From NCBI GenBank assembly GCA_034780895.1, contig JAUZTB010000068.1:17670589-17734588 (forward strand): DNA of 64,000 bases, written 5' to 3'. The notes under the pieces are model-generated. The model saw only the letters and a list, made by a program, of their open reading frames with translations. It ran no database searches and had not been told where the DNA came from. Below are positions 26,795-39,329 of this stretch, one piece after another (within the stretch, counting starts at the first letter, position 1; each line of letters begins with the position of its first letter). A program made the translations under genes and the position numbers. The stretch is from Rhynchobatus australiae (lineage: Eukaryota).

Positions 26795-27300
26795 TTAAGG
26801 ATGTAATCATCTGAGTAGATTAAGGGAAATCCAGTGGATTCAGTAAATGAATTTTCAAAAAGGAACTTGATAAGGGACCACAAAAAGGCTGTCACAAAGT
26901 AAGGGTTCCGAGGCTTGGGGTAGTATATTGCCATGGATTAAAAGGACAGAGAGTACAGGAATAAATAGTTTGGCAATATACTGTATTACCCAGCTGAATG
27001 CCATGTTGGACCTTAGGGTACTTACAATCTATATTAATAACTTAAAATGAAGAAATAGACTGTAACCAAGTTTACCGAGAATAGAATACATGATGGGGAA
27101 AATGAAGTGTGAAGAGGAGGGGGATGGCTGCCATGGAATTCTCAACTCTGGAGGGCTGCAAATGCTGAATGGTTGAACATATTGAAGACCGAGATCAACA
27201 GGAGATCAAGAGATACAGGAATTGTGCAGGAACACAAACGTGAGGTATAGAATCAGTATAGCAAAGAATTGATATAGTGTGACTTCCTCCTACTCCAATA
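26795..27300 (+). mobile_element. Old internally deleted CR1 fragment
   Basis: DFQKAFDKVPHKRL-like segment, FTIYINDL-like segment and CR1 tail. Confidence 0.55.
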
Positions 27301-27907
27301 TTACTAATAGATATTTTCTCAGCAGCCAAAAAGTATAAAACCATTACAACCAAAGTCTATCCTGTATTGGATACTTAGGTTACAGGCATCTGAACAATGT
27401 TTTCATTGGGACAATGCAATAGTTCAAGCAGCAACAAACATAGTGCACAATAGTTAGCCTGATTGCCACTGAAACAAGCCCAACAAGAAACATTCTTTAA
27501 ACCAACTAAATAGCTAGACACTAATGTATCTGAGATCCAAAACATCAAAAATGAGCTCTAACATTTGCTACTGTAATAAACTACCTAATGAAGCCAGATG
27601 AGAAAGAACTGATGAAGCAAAGTGGATCATTTAATACACTTCAATAATCTGCAGAAGACTGTGGGCTATAATTATTGAAAAAGCATCAGGAATGGCTGAT
27701 AATGATGCAGAAATAGCAATTTATCACCTTGAAAATCCAGGGGTTACACGTGAACATCTTCATTAGTCATAACTGAATGTTTAAATTGTGTCACAATATC
27801 TTGCTAAGATGGTTCAGACCAATTGTTGACTAATGCAATGTACTTAATCTTTATGGGAGCTCAGTTCTAGCTTAGAGCCTGCTACCCAACAAATCACAAC
27901 TGTACAT

Positions 27908-28062
27908 AATAAAAACAGTAAATGCTAGGGATACTCAGCAAATTACCAGCATTTGTGAAGAGAGAAACAGTTAACATTTCATGTCAACAACCCTTCATCA
28001 GGGCTGAGTTCTCCTTAAATGCCGCCTGATTTATTGAGTATCCTCAGCACTTTGTTTTTATT
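27908..28062. mobile_element. 155-bp Penelope-derived fold-back element with one hammerhead motif
   Basis: Imperfect inverted arms of about 46 bp (27908-27954 and 28017-28062) enclosing minus-strand CTGATGA-AGGGTTGTTGACAT-GAAAT-GTT-AAC. Confidence 0.7.
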
Positions 28063-29544
28063 TTTGACTGCCAACAACTACAACTTATTTGCTTCCTGAG
28101 GTATACATCAGGTTCAGATTCTGGAAAAGCATGCAGATTCAAGTTAGATAGTGCTGTGCAGCCTGGCTCAATNNNNNNNNNNNNNNNNNNNNNNNNNNNN
28201 NNNATGTGGATGTAATGGTTGAGTTTGATTATTTACAGTGATAGTCTGATCGGATATAGAAAGAAAAATTATAAGCACTCAGCTTTTAGGATTTTAGTTT
28301 TAAATCAAAGCAAACCTTTACATCAGATCTCCAAAATAGCTTATGATATATTAAGGAAGCTATCTGACTTGCCTACAATTAATGGACTGGTCAAAGTCAG
28401 ATGACCACACTTGAAGTAACACCCAAGGAAATCTAAAAAAAGTCAGTGTGGATGGATTTGCCGGAGCAATGGATAATTACTGGTTTAGACTTAAGTATTC
28501 ACTCTTTCAGTTGGTCAAGAATTAAGTCAGGTATCAGTCTGCAAAAGTAAAATTAAAAATCTGCCAGACATCTGGAAGCTCAAGTTTTCATGGTTGTGAA
28601 ACTGGTACTACAACTTATGCCAAGTCAAAGAGCTTGGCAATTTTCAACTGTGCTATTTTAACAAACATCAATGACAATCTAAACCAAATGCAACGTGACA
28701 AAATACGGACAAACAGCAAAAACTACAGAGAACAACTCAGTTAATGGATAGGGCGTGACTAGGCAGACAGCAATACCTCTGATCAAGTTTTGTACAACAG
28801 GACAAGTGTGTGTTTTGGACAAGTCTTGCATTGAAATGCAATATAATCATAAAGGATAGATATGCTTACAGGACACCAATATATTTTAATACGCACCAAT
28901 GTGAAATACTGGACAGTCAATAGAACGAAAAAGGTTGCTGACTTAAGAGGATCAACTCAAACTTTTGGCCAGTAGTTGATGGATTTAACAGGTGAGTCAG
29001 TCATTAAAAAAAACAAACAACTCACAAATTTATCTTATTAATCTAAAAGGATTGTAATGCAGGAGTTATTTATGAATATCAAAAGGAAGCATTAAAGAAC
29101 TGAGAGAAGAGCTGGGACACATTTCATCTGGGGCAGTAAAGAATAAACGCAAATATGCAACAATTGAATTTCTTGAAAGCAGTTCGAAAGGAAACAATTA
29201 TCTCACTTTTAAAGTGTATTTCGGAGAGAACCAGTTTATCTGGCTGTTCATAGAAGCTAATTAAGTAACAAGGGTTTGTAAAAATAAAACTCCATTATGT
29301 CTCTGAAGATTCACATACTTTGCATTTAAAAGATCAAGGAACAAGACAAGGATTCATTTGTACAGAAACAATGTCAAGGAAAGCTTTGAGCTTCAAGAGC
29401 AGCAAAGTCAGCTAATAATATTTTGTTTCAATTAGCTTCTCAAATTACAACCACAATGAAATATTAATAGGCCTACTTTGCAGCTGCTAAAATTTGCAGC
29501 TTCTGGTGTTATCCCTTTTAAGTAGGTTTTTAAATACATTGAAA

Positions 29545-30385
29545 ATCTTCTTTAGGCAATCCCTCAAGGTCAAGGATGACTTACTCCCACTGATTTTGTG
29601 GGTTATGATGTGCTTAATGAGGCCAACATGGGAACCGCAGGCTCTTCCACAGATGGGACAGGTGATGGTCAGTCAGGCAGGCAGGTAGGTACTTGGTCCA
29701 CTCATTCTGCTACTTACACAGAGCCTCTGTGTGCTCCTGATGCAAGGCCTCAAAGTTCAGAATACCGTCCCAAATGCTGCTTCCTCACTTTGATCAGCCA
29801 TGGGACAGCCAGATTCTCATTGGGGATGTTGCATTTCTTCAAGGAAGCTTTAAGCACAGCACTGAATCTTCTCTTCCAGGCACCTGATAATATTTTTTAG
29901 CTGTCATGGGAGTGTGTTACAGAAGTCAGATGCTTGGAATGAGAACATGGTCTAATCTTCATAGCTGATGGAGTGTAACAAACGCATTAATACGAGCACA
30001 TTGGCCTGGAAGGGGACTCTGATATTTGTTCATTTCTCCTTCCAGTAACTTGAGGATTCTGTGAAGACATTGTTGGTAGTATTTTTTCCAATGTTTTGAG
30101 ATGCCTGCTGTAAATGGTTTCAAAATATCAGAGGGTAAGGATCAATGCTGCTTGGTACGATGAGTTTTGAGTCATGTCTGAGGTCTTCAGCTTCAAATGT
30201 TCTCTACCTCAAATAAACCAGAACTCTGCATTGGCACATTGAGGACAGTGGTGAATGCTACCAAAGGTAGCTCCTGGGAGAGGAAATGGTCCACATTTCT
30301 CAGGCCCTCACCATAAACCTTTATTATCATAGGACAGCACAGCAGAGGCAAGTTGGTAGAGGACACTTGTCTTGCAGATGTTAGG
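29545..30385 (-). mobile_element. RTE-clade LINE 3' fragment
   Basis: Reverse complement of the RTE end (TCTTCTTTAGGCAATCCCTCAAGGTCAAGGATGACTT), matching the 3' end of the 25740-26755 copy; decayed ORF remnants. Confidence 0.7.
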
Positions 30386-31179
30386 GCTGCAAATATTATG
30401 TATATTTAGCATCCCCTGGGCTAAAAGGAATGCAGACTAGAAAAACTGTCTGTTAATGGCAACTAGCAAGAAAAAAGATGAAGCAGACAGTTAGTCTTAA
30501 TTGATGTTAAGCTTACAAACTATTGTTGCAGTTGGATTCCAACAGGTGAATGCCCAAGTACTGTTTAACATTTATGACTTGGGCCTTGNNNNNNNNNNNN
30601 NNNNNNNNNNNNNNNNNNNNNNNNNNNNNNNNNNNNNNNNNNNNNNNNNNNNNNNNNNNNNNTACATCTCCACATCATTGACTTAGCTTATAAAAGTTTT
30701 GTTTTTGAGCAATGCTGAGTGCACCTGACTCTGCCAGAATTCAGAATGTTCAACATCAGTTTACTCAGCCTCTCAGTAGAGAAAAAAAATCCACGGGCAT
30801 TCAAATGGCACAAAATTCATCTGCAACTCACCTATCTTTGACTTTTGGCTAAAACCTGATGCAAGTTGGGATGGTTAACTTCATTACCTCAGGAGCTATC
30901 AATGGGGCCACTGAACCATGAACAAATAGCTCATTCCTGGCATTCTAAAAGGATTTGATGATGACTGGACTGAAGGCACTGCCCAAAGGATGACCACCAA
31001 TGGGATCTCAAGCATTTGGCACCAAACACCATAGCAAACTTGCTGGTGTCAAATACAACTGGAGAATATTCCTCCTTGATCGCATTATGCTTAATCTTCT
31101 TGGTACCATAATTAAGTGCTATACTGATACCATGGACAGTCTCTCATCTCTCCTTTGGAGTTAACCTCATGTGCATTGT

Positions 31180-31780
31180 TGAAGTTTATTATCATCACAG
31201 GCATATATGCTATGAAAATTAGCTTTTTGCTGCAGCAACACAGTACAAGATGGGGACAGACAGAAGTTAACATAAATTATACATAATTTACATATGCAAA
31301 ATAAATAACGACAATGGCACTTAGTGCAAGATTGAGAGAAAGAAAAAATTATATAGTCTGAGGTAGTGTCAAGGTTTTTCAGGTCAATTCAAGAACCTGA
31401 TGGCAGTGGGGAAGAAGTTGTTGTTGAACCTTGGTCTTCAGGCTGCTGTACCTCTTCCCTGATGGAAGCAAAAACTGGGCATAGCCCAGATGATGGGGGT
31501 ACCTGATGATGGATGCCACCTTCCTGAGACATCACCTCTTGTAGATGTCTTTTATGGTGGGGAAAGCTGTACCTGTGATGCCAGTCCACGACTCTCTGTA
31601 GTCTCTTGCATTCCTATACATTGGAGTTTCCATACTGGGCTGTGATGCAACCAGTCAGAATGTTTTCCACCGTACATCTGTAGAAGTTTTTCGAGAGTCT
31701 TCAATGATACCCTGAATCTCTAATAACATAGAGATGCTGGCATGCTTTCTTCATGGTTGCATCTTTGTACTGGGTGCTAT
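31180..31780 (-). mobile_element. Rex1/Babar LINE 3' fragment
   Basis: Homologous to 39330-39905 (ENILTGCIT.., FFPTAIRFLN). Confidence 0.8.
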
Positions 31781-33189
31781 GAGTCCAGTATAGTTGTTTC
31801 ATTTATGGCTGTGAAAAGGTTTGGACCAATAAGGCCCATGTGGAATTCTAAACTGCGCACTACCAGGTTACTGGTGACTAAATATCTTGCTGGATTATTG
31901 AAGCTCCCTCTTATAATTTTGTTGATTCCAAAGGAACCAGAAAGTAATTGTCCAGTTGAAGATCAACAACTATTTTTTGTATGTGTGATATATTGTTCAG
32001 TAGGGACCAGCGTCACTACTACAATAGAATAACTTGACAGGGAACTCGAATGTGCATGCAGTCCACACATCTTCNNNNNNNNNNGAGGAGCTCTTCTCCC
32101 AGATTGTCTCCCCACTCCAGGTAGAATGTAGAAATAGATATCTGTCATCGGACCCTTTAAATTTGTTCTGATTTACATCACAACATTTCATTATGTCAAC
32201 TTTATTTACCAGTATTCAGTCCACACATCTTCATGCCAGAGCCACAATGGTGTTATAAACCACAGAGGTTGTTCTATACTGTATACTCAGCTGAAAGTCA
32301 CATTGCTCACTTTATTGGTTGAAGGCCAACATCTGCAGAGATGAACAGGTTCGAAAGATTGGCAATGTCAGGAATGAGTTAACTATCTCTCTCATAGTTA
32401 AGTTCATCACTCAGTCGGTTTACAAATGAAAAATCTCATGATGGGCTTAAGAACTTAGGTAAGAGAAGTCAAAAAAAATACAAGGGACTTTGAAAATAGG
32501 TATTGGTGCCAATTTAAAAGGAATCACAATATTTTTCAACAGTTAGTTTGAGAAAAAGTGATATTCATGCATAAATGAAATGCACTTCAAACGTTGTATT
32601 ACCACTTTTAAAGGGAATACTGACATGTAATTCAGCTGAGCTGACTGGTTGTGATTGTGTCTCTCTTCTCTCACAGCTTTAAACATTCAATCCAGAAGTT
32701 CAGATGTTGGATCAGATGTCCACTCAGGGTACTGGACCTGGGTCCTTGCCACATGGTGATGTTGGTGTTAAAAGTTTACCTGTATCCTGAAGATAAGAGA
32801 GCGAGCCATTTGGTCTTTGGAGATCACTCCACCATTCAACAATGTTACAGCTAATCTTCAATCTCAACACCATTTACTTGCCCTATCTGCAAACTCTTGG
32901 CTCCTCTAATATCAAAGCTCTATTGATTTCTTCTGGAAGTACATATTTATAAGTGTCAGCCAAGGCATTTGGGATTTTAGTGAATGGCTGACCAATGACG
33001 TACCTATCAACTAACAATATTTAAAGACTGTGAAAGATGCCGGGTGAAAGCAGATAAAGTGGGGTTAAAAAAAGACTATTCTATGCAATGCACTAATGAC
33101 TATATTGTAATAAAAGCTAATTATGCAAAGTTCCAACTAACTTTGTGGTATGTTTATTGTTAAATTAATGTGCAAATCATGTGAACAGG

Positions 33190-33560
33190 AACACATCATG
33201 TAACGCCTCAAGCCTATTGTGCCATGACATAAGATTGAGATCACACCAGGATATGATCTGTGACCCAACTCCTGGCTTTTCCCTCACCCGTAGTTAACAA
33301 TCTGTCAATCTCAGATTTAATGTAAACAATTGACCCAGTCACCCTTTGCAGTACAATTCCAAATTTCTTCTACCCGCCAGGTACAAATACATTTCCTAAC
33401 TTCACCCTTGAGAGGTCTGCCAATGAATTTTAGACCTTGTTCTCTGCCACAACCAACAGAAATAGTTTCTTGCTAATTAACTAGTTACCCTTAATATCAT
33501 AAAAATTTTAATCAAATCACTACTTTTCTTTCTAAATTCCATAGTAAACTAACTAATTTG
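33190..33560 (-). mobile_element. Old CR1 3' fragment
   Basis: Reverse-complement CR1 ORF2 end and tail motifs, heavily decayed. Confidence 0.45.
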
Positions 33561-34379
33561 TGCAATAAGCCCAGCAAGTTCCTGAAATTAAGAATCCATG
33601 ACAAAACATCATCTGCACAAAGTTTATGGCGAAGCAGCAGATATCAGCTGCTAGCTTCAAGAAATTCACAGTATTTGCTGTATTTCATAATCCACTAAAC
33701 TTACTAACCAATTTGCTTGTGAATAAAAGCATACATCATTAACGTGGTTATCTTTTGCTAGCCTAAGTATATATATCTAATTTTCCTAACAGCTTGTCAT
33801 CACTAGGATTCCTATCCTGGTGTATTTCTATTGACCAAATAAGCAGGAATTAATGTTTTAAATTTACACAGAGAATAAATCAAAATTCAGCCTGTAGGCC
33901 ATATTTTTGTCATACATTCCTTCATAAAATTCACATTTATAACAGAATGCAAAAGCATTACAAGCATGAAGCACAACCAATTGAAATTCACTTCAGCATG
34001 ACGTTACAAAATTAGAAGTTTCAACATATGTTTACATTGAAGTTCAGAAAGGCTAAATATCAACCAAGATCAATAGTGTAACAATGTGAAATCTGTGCCA
34101 TGGCATGAGGAAAATGAAAACAATCTGTACTGGTGCTGAATGACAGTATGTACCATGGAATAAGTTGCTTTTTTCTCTACTTACACCTTTTCACTAACAG
34201 ATGAAGCAGATATGTAGTGTTGTGTCATGAAATCTCAGAAACTGCAATTGTTAAATTACTTGAATAAGAATGTCAAATAAGAATTGTTGCAATGAAAATA
34301 GTTAAACCAGCACCTTTGTATTTAAAAATGATGTGAATATTGTTAGAAGGTGAATTTACAAGTCAATACATACCCCACC

Positions 34380-35075
34380 ATATGTGCAATATCTGCCCCT
34401 ACACCACCTCCAGCCAGGGACTCAAACAGTCCTTTCAGGTGAGAGAGATTTACCTGCCCCTCCCCTAATATCATCTACTGCATTCGGTGCTCCATGTGTG
34501 GCCTCCTCTACATTGGCAAGATCAAACGCAGACTAGGTAACAGTTTCGCAGAACACTGGCGCTCCGCCCATAACTGCAATCTGCATCTCCCCATTGCCAG
34601 TCACTTCAACTCCCCCTCCATCACAGATACGTCAGTCCTCAGCCCCCTCCATTGCCAGGAAAATTCTAAGCACAAACNNNNNNNNNNNNNNNNNNNNNNN
34701 NNNNNNNNNNNNNNNNNNNNNNNNNNNNNNNNNNNNNNNNNNNNNNNNNNNNNNNNNNNNNNNNNNNNNNNNNNNNNNNNNNNNNNNNNNNNNNNNNNNN
34801 NNNNNNNNNNNNNNNNNNNNNNNNNNNNNNNNNNNNNNNNNNNNNNNNNNNNNNNNNNNNNNNNNNNNNNNNNNNNNNNNNNNNNNNNNNNNNNNNNNNN
34901 NNTCCCCTCTTTTGTCCACTTATCACTGCTCTGCTTTTCTCTCCTATATATTGGGCTTCCCCTTTTCCTATCTTCAGTCCTGAAGAAAGGTCCTGGCCCA
35001 AAACGTCAACCACCTGCTTTTCTCCATGGATGCTGCCTGGCCTGCTGAGTTCCTCCAGCATCATAATGTTTTTCA
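34380..35075 (+). mobile_element. Penelope-like element 3' part (GIY-YIG + pLTR)
   Basis: CGLLYIGKIKRRLGNSFAEH...PIASHFNS. After the gap, pLTR with a hammerhead motif and GATGCTGCCTGGCCTGCTGAGTTCCTCCAGCA. Confidence 0.88.
34976..35011 (+). ncRNA. Decayed minimal hammerhead motif
   Basis: AGTC-CTGAAGA-AAGGTCCTGGCCC-AAAAC-GTC-AACC. ACGT palindrome and GUC triplet retained; G12 mutated to A. Confidence 0.6.
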
Positions 35076-37645
35076 TCAATACATACCACTGAGTTTCAAT
35101 TTTAAAAGTAACCAAATTTGCATTACAACAATATAGAGTAGTTGACCACTTTATCATCAGTACAGAATTAGAAAGCTTTCAGAATCTTGTTTTTTCTCCC
35201 CCAAACAATATTAGAATTGAGTTTCCTTTTGGCTAACTTTAGCTTCAAGCTTTATTAAAAATATCCAATTTACTACAACTTTCTCAGGAACTTGTAAATC
35301 AATCTCATAAAAGTTTATCAATGCAAACACATGAAAGAATGTAAACAATGTTTATACAATTACACACTACTGCCATCACACAAGTATTTTGGTCAAACTT
35401 GTAACCAGTCTCTCAATTCAGTATGTTCCAGAACAGCCGCTTAGTCACAGAAGTCAAACATTAGAGGTCAGACTGGCTGGGGTTCCCAATGGAACCACCA
35501 CCCACATCAAAGTTCAATCCAGCCCAAATTTGAAACTCAGGGCACCAAGCACTCAATGGCGATCATAAGGTAAAAATAATCGACTATAGTTCAGACAGAG
35601 TGTGAAAGAACAGCTTTTCTGACACTAGTTTGAGATGACATGTTTGTTCCAATTTGGAGAATGCTAATGATCCAGTGGACTGGACCACCACTCATATGGT
35701 AAAGATATGCATATTTTCAACTACTAACATGACCACTTTGAACCTTATTAAACTACAGGTCAAACTTTCGGTGTTATTTTCAAGCATCAAAATGAGCCAC
35801 TGAAAGATTAACAGTAACTTTCCAATTTCTGTATCAATACTTTGCTGCAGTTTCTACTGATCCCAAGCAAAATTTTCTTCTCATGAACACAATCTCTTTC
35901 TTCTTAGATTATCAAGTAATTAGCCCACACTTTCAACAATTGCATACTACTATTACCAAAGACTTTTCAAGGCTCACCCATGAACATCAGATGTGTATTG
36001 TAAATATTAAACTACAGGAAACAATTAAAAGTTATGAACTGAAGATTCATTTTTCTGTTGATAACAGCCCCTCAGGNNNNNNNNNNNNNNNNNNNNNNNN
36101 NNNNNNNNNNNNNNNNNNNNNNNNNNNNNNNNNNNNNNNNNNNNNNNNNNNNNNNNNNNNNNNNNNNNNNNNNNNNNNNNNNNNNNNNNNNNNNNNNNNN
36201 NNNNNNNNNNNNNNNNNNNNNNNNNNNNNNNNNNNNNNNNNNNNNNNNNNNNNNNNNNNNNNNNNNNNNNNNNNNNNNNNNNNNNNNNNNNNNNNNNNNN
36301 NNNNNNNNNNNNNNNNNNNNNNNNNNNNNNNNNNNNNNNNNNNNNNNNNNNNNNNNNNNNNNNNNNNNNNNNNNNNNNNNNNNNNNNNNNNNNNNNNNNN
36401 NNNNNNNNNNNNNNNNNNNNNNNNNNNNNNNNNNNNCGAGAACACTCAGCGTTGAACAAATTGGGTTCATTGCAATTTTAAAAATGAAACGTGTTTAAAA
36501 AATACTTGATTGGATTTGAATTATTTAAATTCAATAATGCAGCCCTGAGGCATTATATGCTAGCCAGGTACAAATGTGTTTGATTATAACTATTCAGCTT
36601 GATACACAAAAAGATAAAGAATCTGGATTTCTCAAGCCATGCATTGTTGCATTAACTTAAATGTTACAAGACACTTATAATAACAATAACATATGTTTTA
36701 GCCAACATAATATGGCTATGAACAAGATTTAACTTTCATAAAATTATTAATTTGAACATAGATAGGCTAAATTTCTTGGGACATTTTCCATTTCACATCT
36801 CCACTAAAGCAAACAAGAACAGACTCCAAAGAAACTAAAACAAAAATGCTTTTGCACAAACAAAAGATTAAAAATTCCATAAAGTTATGGATATGACAAT
36901 TATAAACAACGACACACATTCTACATCATCAATTATATGTAAACCTATGTGAAAGAGAACCAAACTTGGTGCTGGAGAAAGTGACAACATAACAAAAACT
37001 GGGAAGAAAGAACAAGCAGAAAGGAAGCAAATTGGTTCCAACAATAACTAACAACAAACACATTCCTTCCCTACCTCTCCTGTCCAATTCTTTCTGTTAT
37101 GCCTTTAATGGATTTTATTACTTCCAAAAAAGGAGAAAAATGGAATATTTCCCAAAGCAATTTCCAAAACTAAAGTTATCCGAATATAAATAACATTGTT
37201 TGAGAATATTCTAAAATTCAGCGCACCAGTGTCTGATAGTAACTTTACCTGACGACCTGGCATTCTGAGAGCACGTTATGACAGCCCTCCCTGAAGTATC
37301 TCTGAGCAGCAGCCTCACTCTGCCTTCATTACAATGTCATTAGAAACAGTGACACTCAATTCATTTGCTCAGATCTTGTTTTTTTTTAAAAAAACATATC
37401 AAAACATTTTAATTCTTTAACTGAAAATGTTTCCAGAAACCCACCCCCAAAATGCTGCTCATCACACCAGCCCCCAATCATCACCCCACACACTTCCCCC
37501 TACGCGAGCCCCAGGCTTCTCTGCGGCCTAGGCCAACCAGAAACACACCCAGCCTGCCCCTCAGGCACTTCCCTCTCCCGAACCGGGCCAAATGATTTAC
37601 TTAAATTATATAAACAATGCTTGGTGTATTGCATTTTGCTTTTAC

Positions 37646-37725
37646 CTGCCGTATATCCCTTCGGTGATCCTGTTCCGTTTTAACGGCCTCCTGATCTTGC
37701 TGCAATCAGCATTGCGCCTCTTCAT
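37646..37725 (-). CDS. MACO1: Macoilin coding exon 1 (MKRRNADCSKIRRPLKRNRITEGIYG + 2 nt of Ser codon)
   Basis: Manual minus-strand translation from ATG at 37725 (context GGACAATGA, A at -3) matches the vertebrate macoilin N-terminus as I recall it. 80 coding nt, ending at a phase-2 donor AG|GTAAAA. Confidence 0.97.
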
Positions 37726-37990
37726 TGTCCTTCGCTGCCTTTCCCTTCTTCAAAACTGTTCCCTCCTTTTTTTAAATATAATTTCACACAAAATAAATGG
37801 GAAAATTAATTTGAGACTATTTAAAATTCTGGAAATTTTATTTTCCTTCTCTCCCTCCGTTTTCCTTCTTCTTCCTCTTCTTTCAAACAAAGAATTAAAT
37901 CAAATGAAACCAACCCCTCTCGGTTCAAACCAATATTTTCTGTCTTTGGGCTCCAGGCTGGCCGAGGGGAGGGACCTGCTGCGCTTGTCT
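37726..37990 (-). other. MACO1: Probable MACO1 5' UTR (TSS not determinable)
   Basis: Purine-rich on the sense strand. No upstream ATG between the start codon and about 38010. Lies between the CDS and the motif-rich promoter. Confidence 0.6.
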
Positions 37991-38410
37991 ACCTTAATCA
38001 CTATGATTAACATCACCCGCTGCCCAATAATAGCCCGGTTTCTATGATTGCCACGTCCAACCACCTATAAACGCTGGAGACTCCCGCACCAGGTAGATGT
38101 CCATCATCCAGGATGACCCAATAGACGGACGTAAAGGGCGGACACTTTGGGACGTCAAGTTGGGCCGAGATATCACGCAGGCGTGTTGGTGGCAAAGGGG
38201 CCACACAAGCTTACTGGGCATGATTTGCTTTGGTTCTGTACAATCATTGCTTCGAGTTTAATTCTAATTGGTGTCAATCGTCAGCGTGGAACCAATGATC
38301 AACGAACAGAGGCAGGAAGGGTGAACTTGCAGGAGAAGGTTTGGTTGAGGCTTATTAGGGAGGTGCATTGACTTGGAGGCATGCATGGGCTTCCACGTAC
38401 GCAGGTTGTG
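37950..38410 (-). promoter_or_regulatory. CpG-rich promoter of MACO1
   Basis: Local CpG enrichment in otherwise CpG-poor DNA. CCAAT/ATTGG boxes at 38024, 38118, 38267 and 38292; GC box GGGCGG at 38136; CRE-like GACGTCA at 38151; CCACGT cores at 38051 and 38393. Confidence 0.8.
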
Positions 38411-39329
38411 CATTAAACCGTAGGCCAGGGTTTTGAGATTTTAAATAGTGCCCTTTTGAGCACCATTAAATTGAATACTCTCACTGAATAGGAATAATTT
38501 TACTGTAATGAAATTACAAATAATTTACTGCTCTGACGTTTTACATCACTTTCTGATCCAAAAGTGGCTTCCTGGTGTTGAACAAATATGCATGCAAGAC
38601 CCTTTGTTTATAAAAGCATTTAGCAAACTATTTCATTAAACAAACTGTTGGACATTGTTTCAAAATTTAAGATATGGGTAGGTTTTTTTACATGACGTTA
38701 TTGTAGAGCTTGCAACATGCCCTTATTTGAAGGTGATGCCTATATTCCCAAAATACCACCTCTGTTTTTTAATGTGGCCACGCTATTAGGATCTACAACA
38801 ATTATGACCCTAAAATGTTAATTGCTTCTTTTTTCCACTTGACCTGCTGAGTTTTTACAGCATTTTGTGTTTTTATTTCAGATTTTTATCATCCACTGTT
38901 TTTCTCATTTTCATTTACTGATTTTTATCAGGCTAATTCCACGTTTTACAATTATTGTTAACTTTTTCTTTTGTGAATGGATGGAAACTGAAAGTATTCT
39001 GAACAAGTTTCTAAGCTTTTCTTACACTGATTTCTTTGTTGTTTTGCCATTTACATTTATTTGTCAATATTTTAGAAGCACCTCATGCTTGTCCTGACAG
39101 AAAGTTTGAAAAACCCAGCAGCATGGTTAGCCTTCCGCATCACCCACCCTACTCCACTCTGTCCCACATAACACATTGGTAACACTTGGTATTATACAAG
39201 TTATTTCTTAGATCAATTTATTTCTTTTTTTGGACAAAGAGTTAGAAAACAGAATTAACTTAAAATTCATGTTTGAACTGGACAACTTAATGGGATTAAT
39301 GGCCTCCTGTGTCATAGATTTCTACAGAA

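Noticed and set aside
32059-32232. 16-bp repeat CAGTCCACACATCTTC at 32059 and 32217
   Set aside because: The first copy abuts a gap and the enclosed sequence has no TE hallmarks; a TSD cannot be distinguished from an assembly artefact.
37592-38047. 151-aa plus-strand ORF over the CpG region
   Set aside because: Antisense to MACO1 exon 1 and its 5' UTR; low-complexity L/F/S/I composition from the pyrimidine-rich strand; no recognisable homology.
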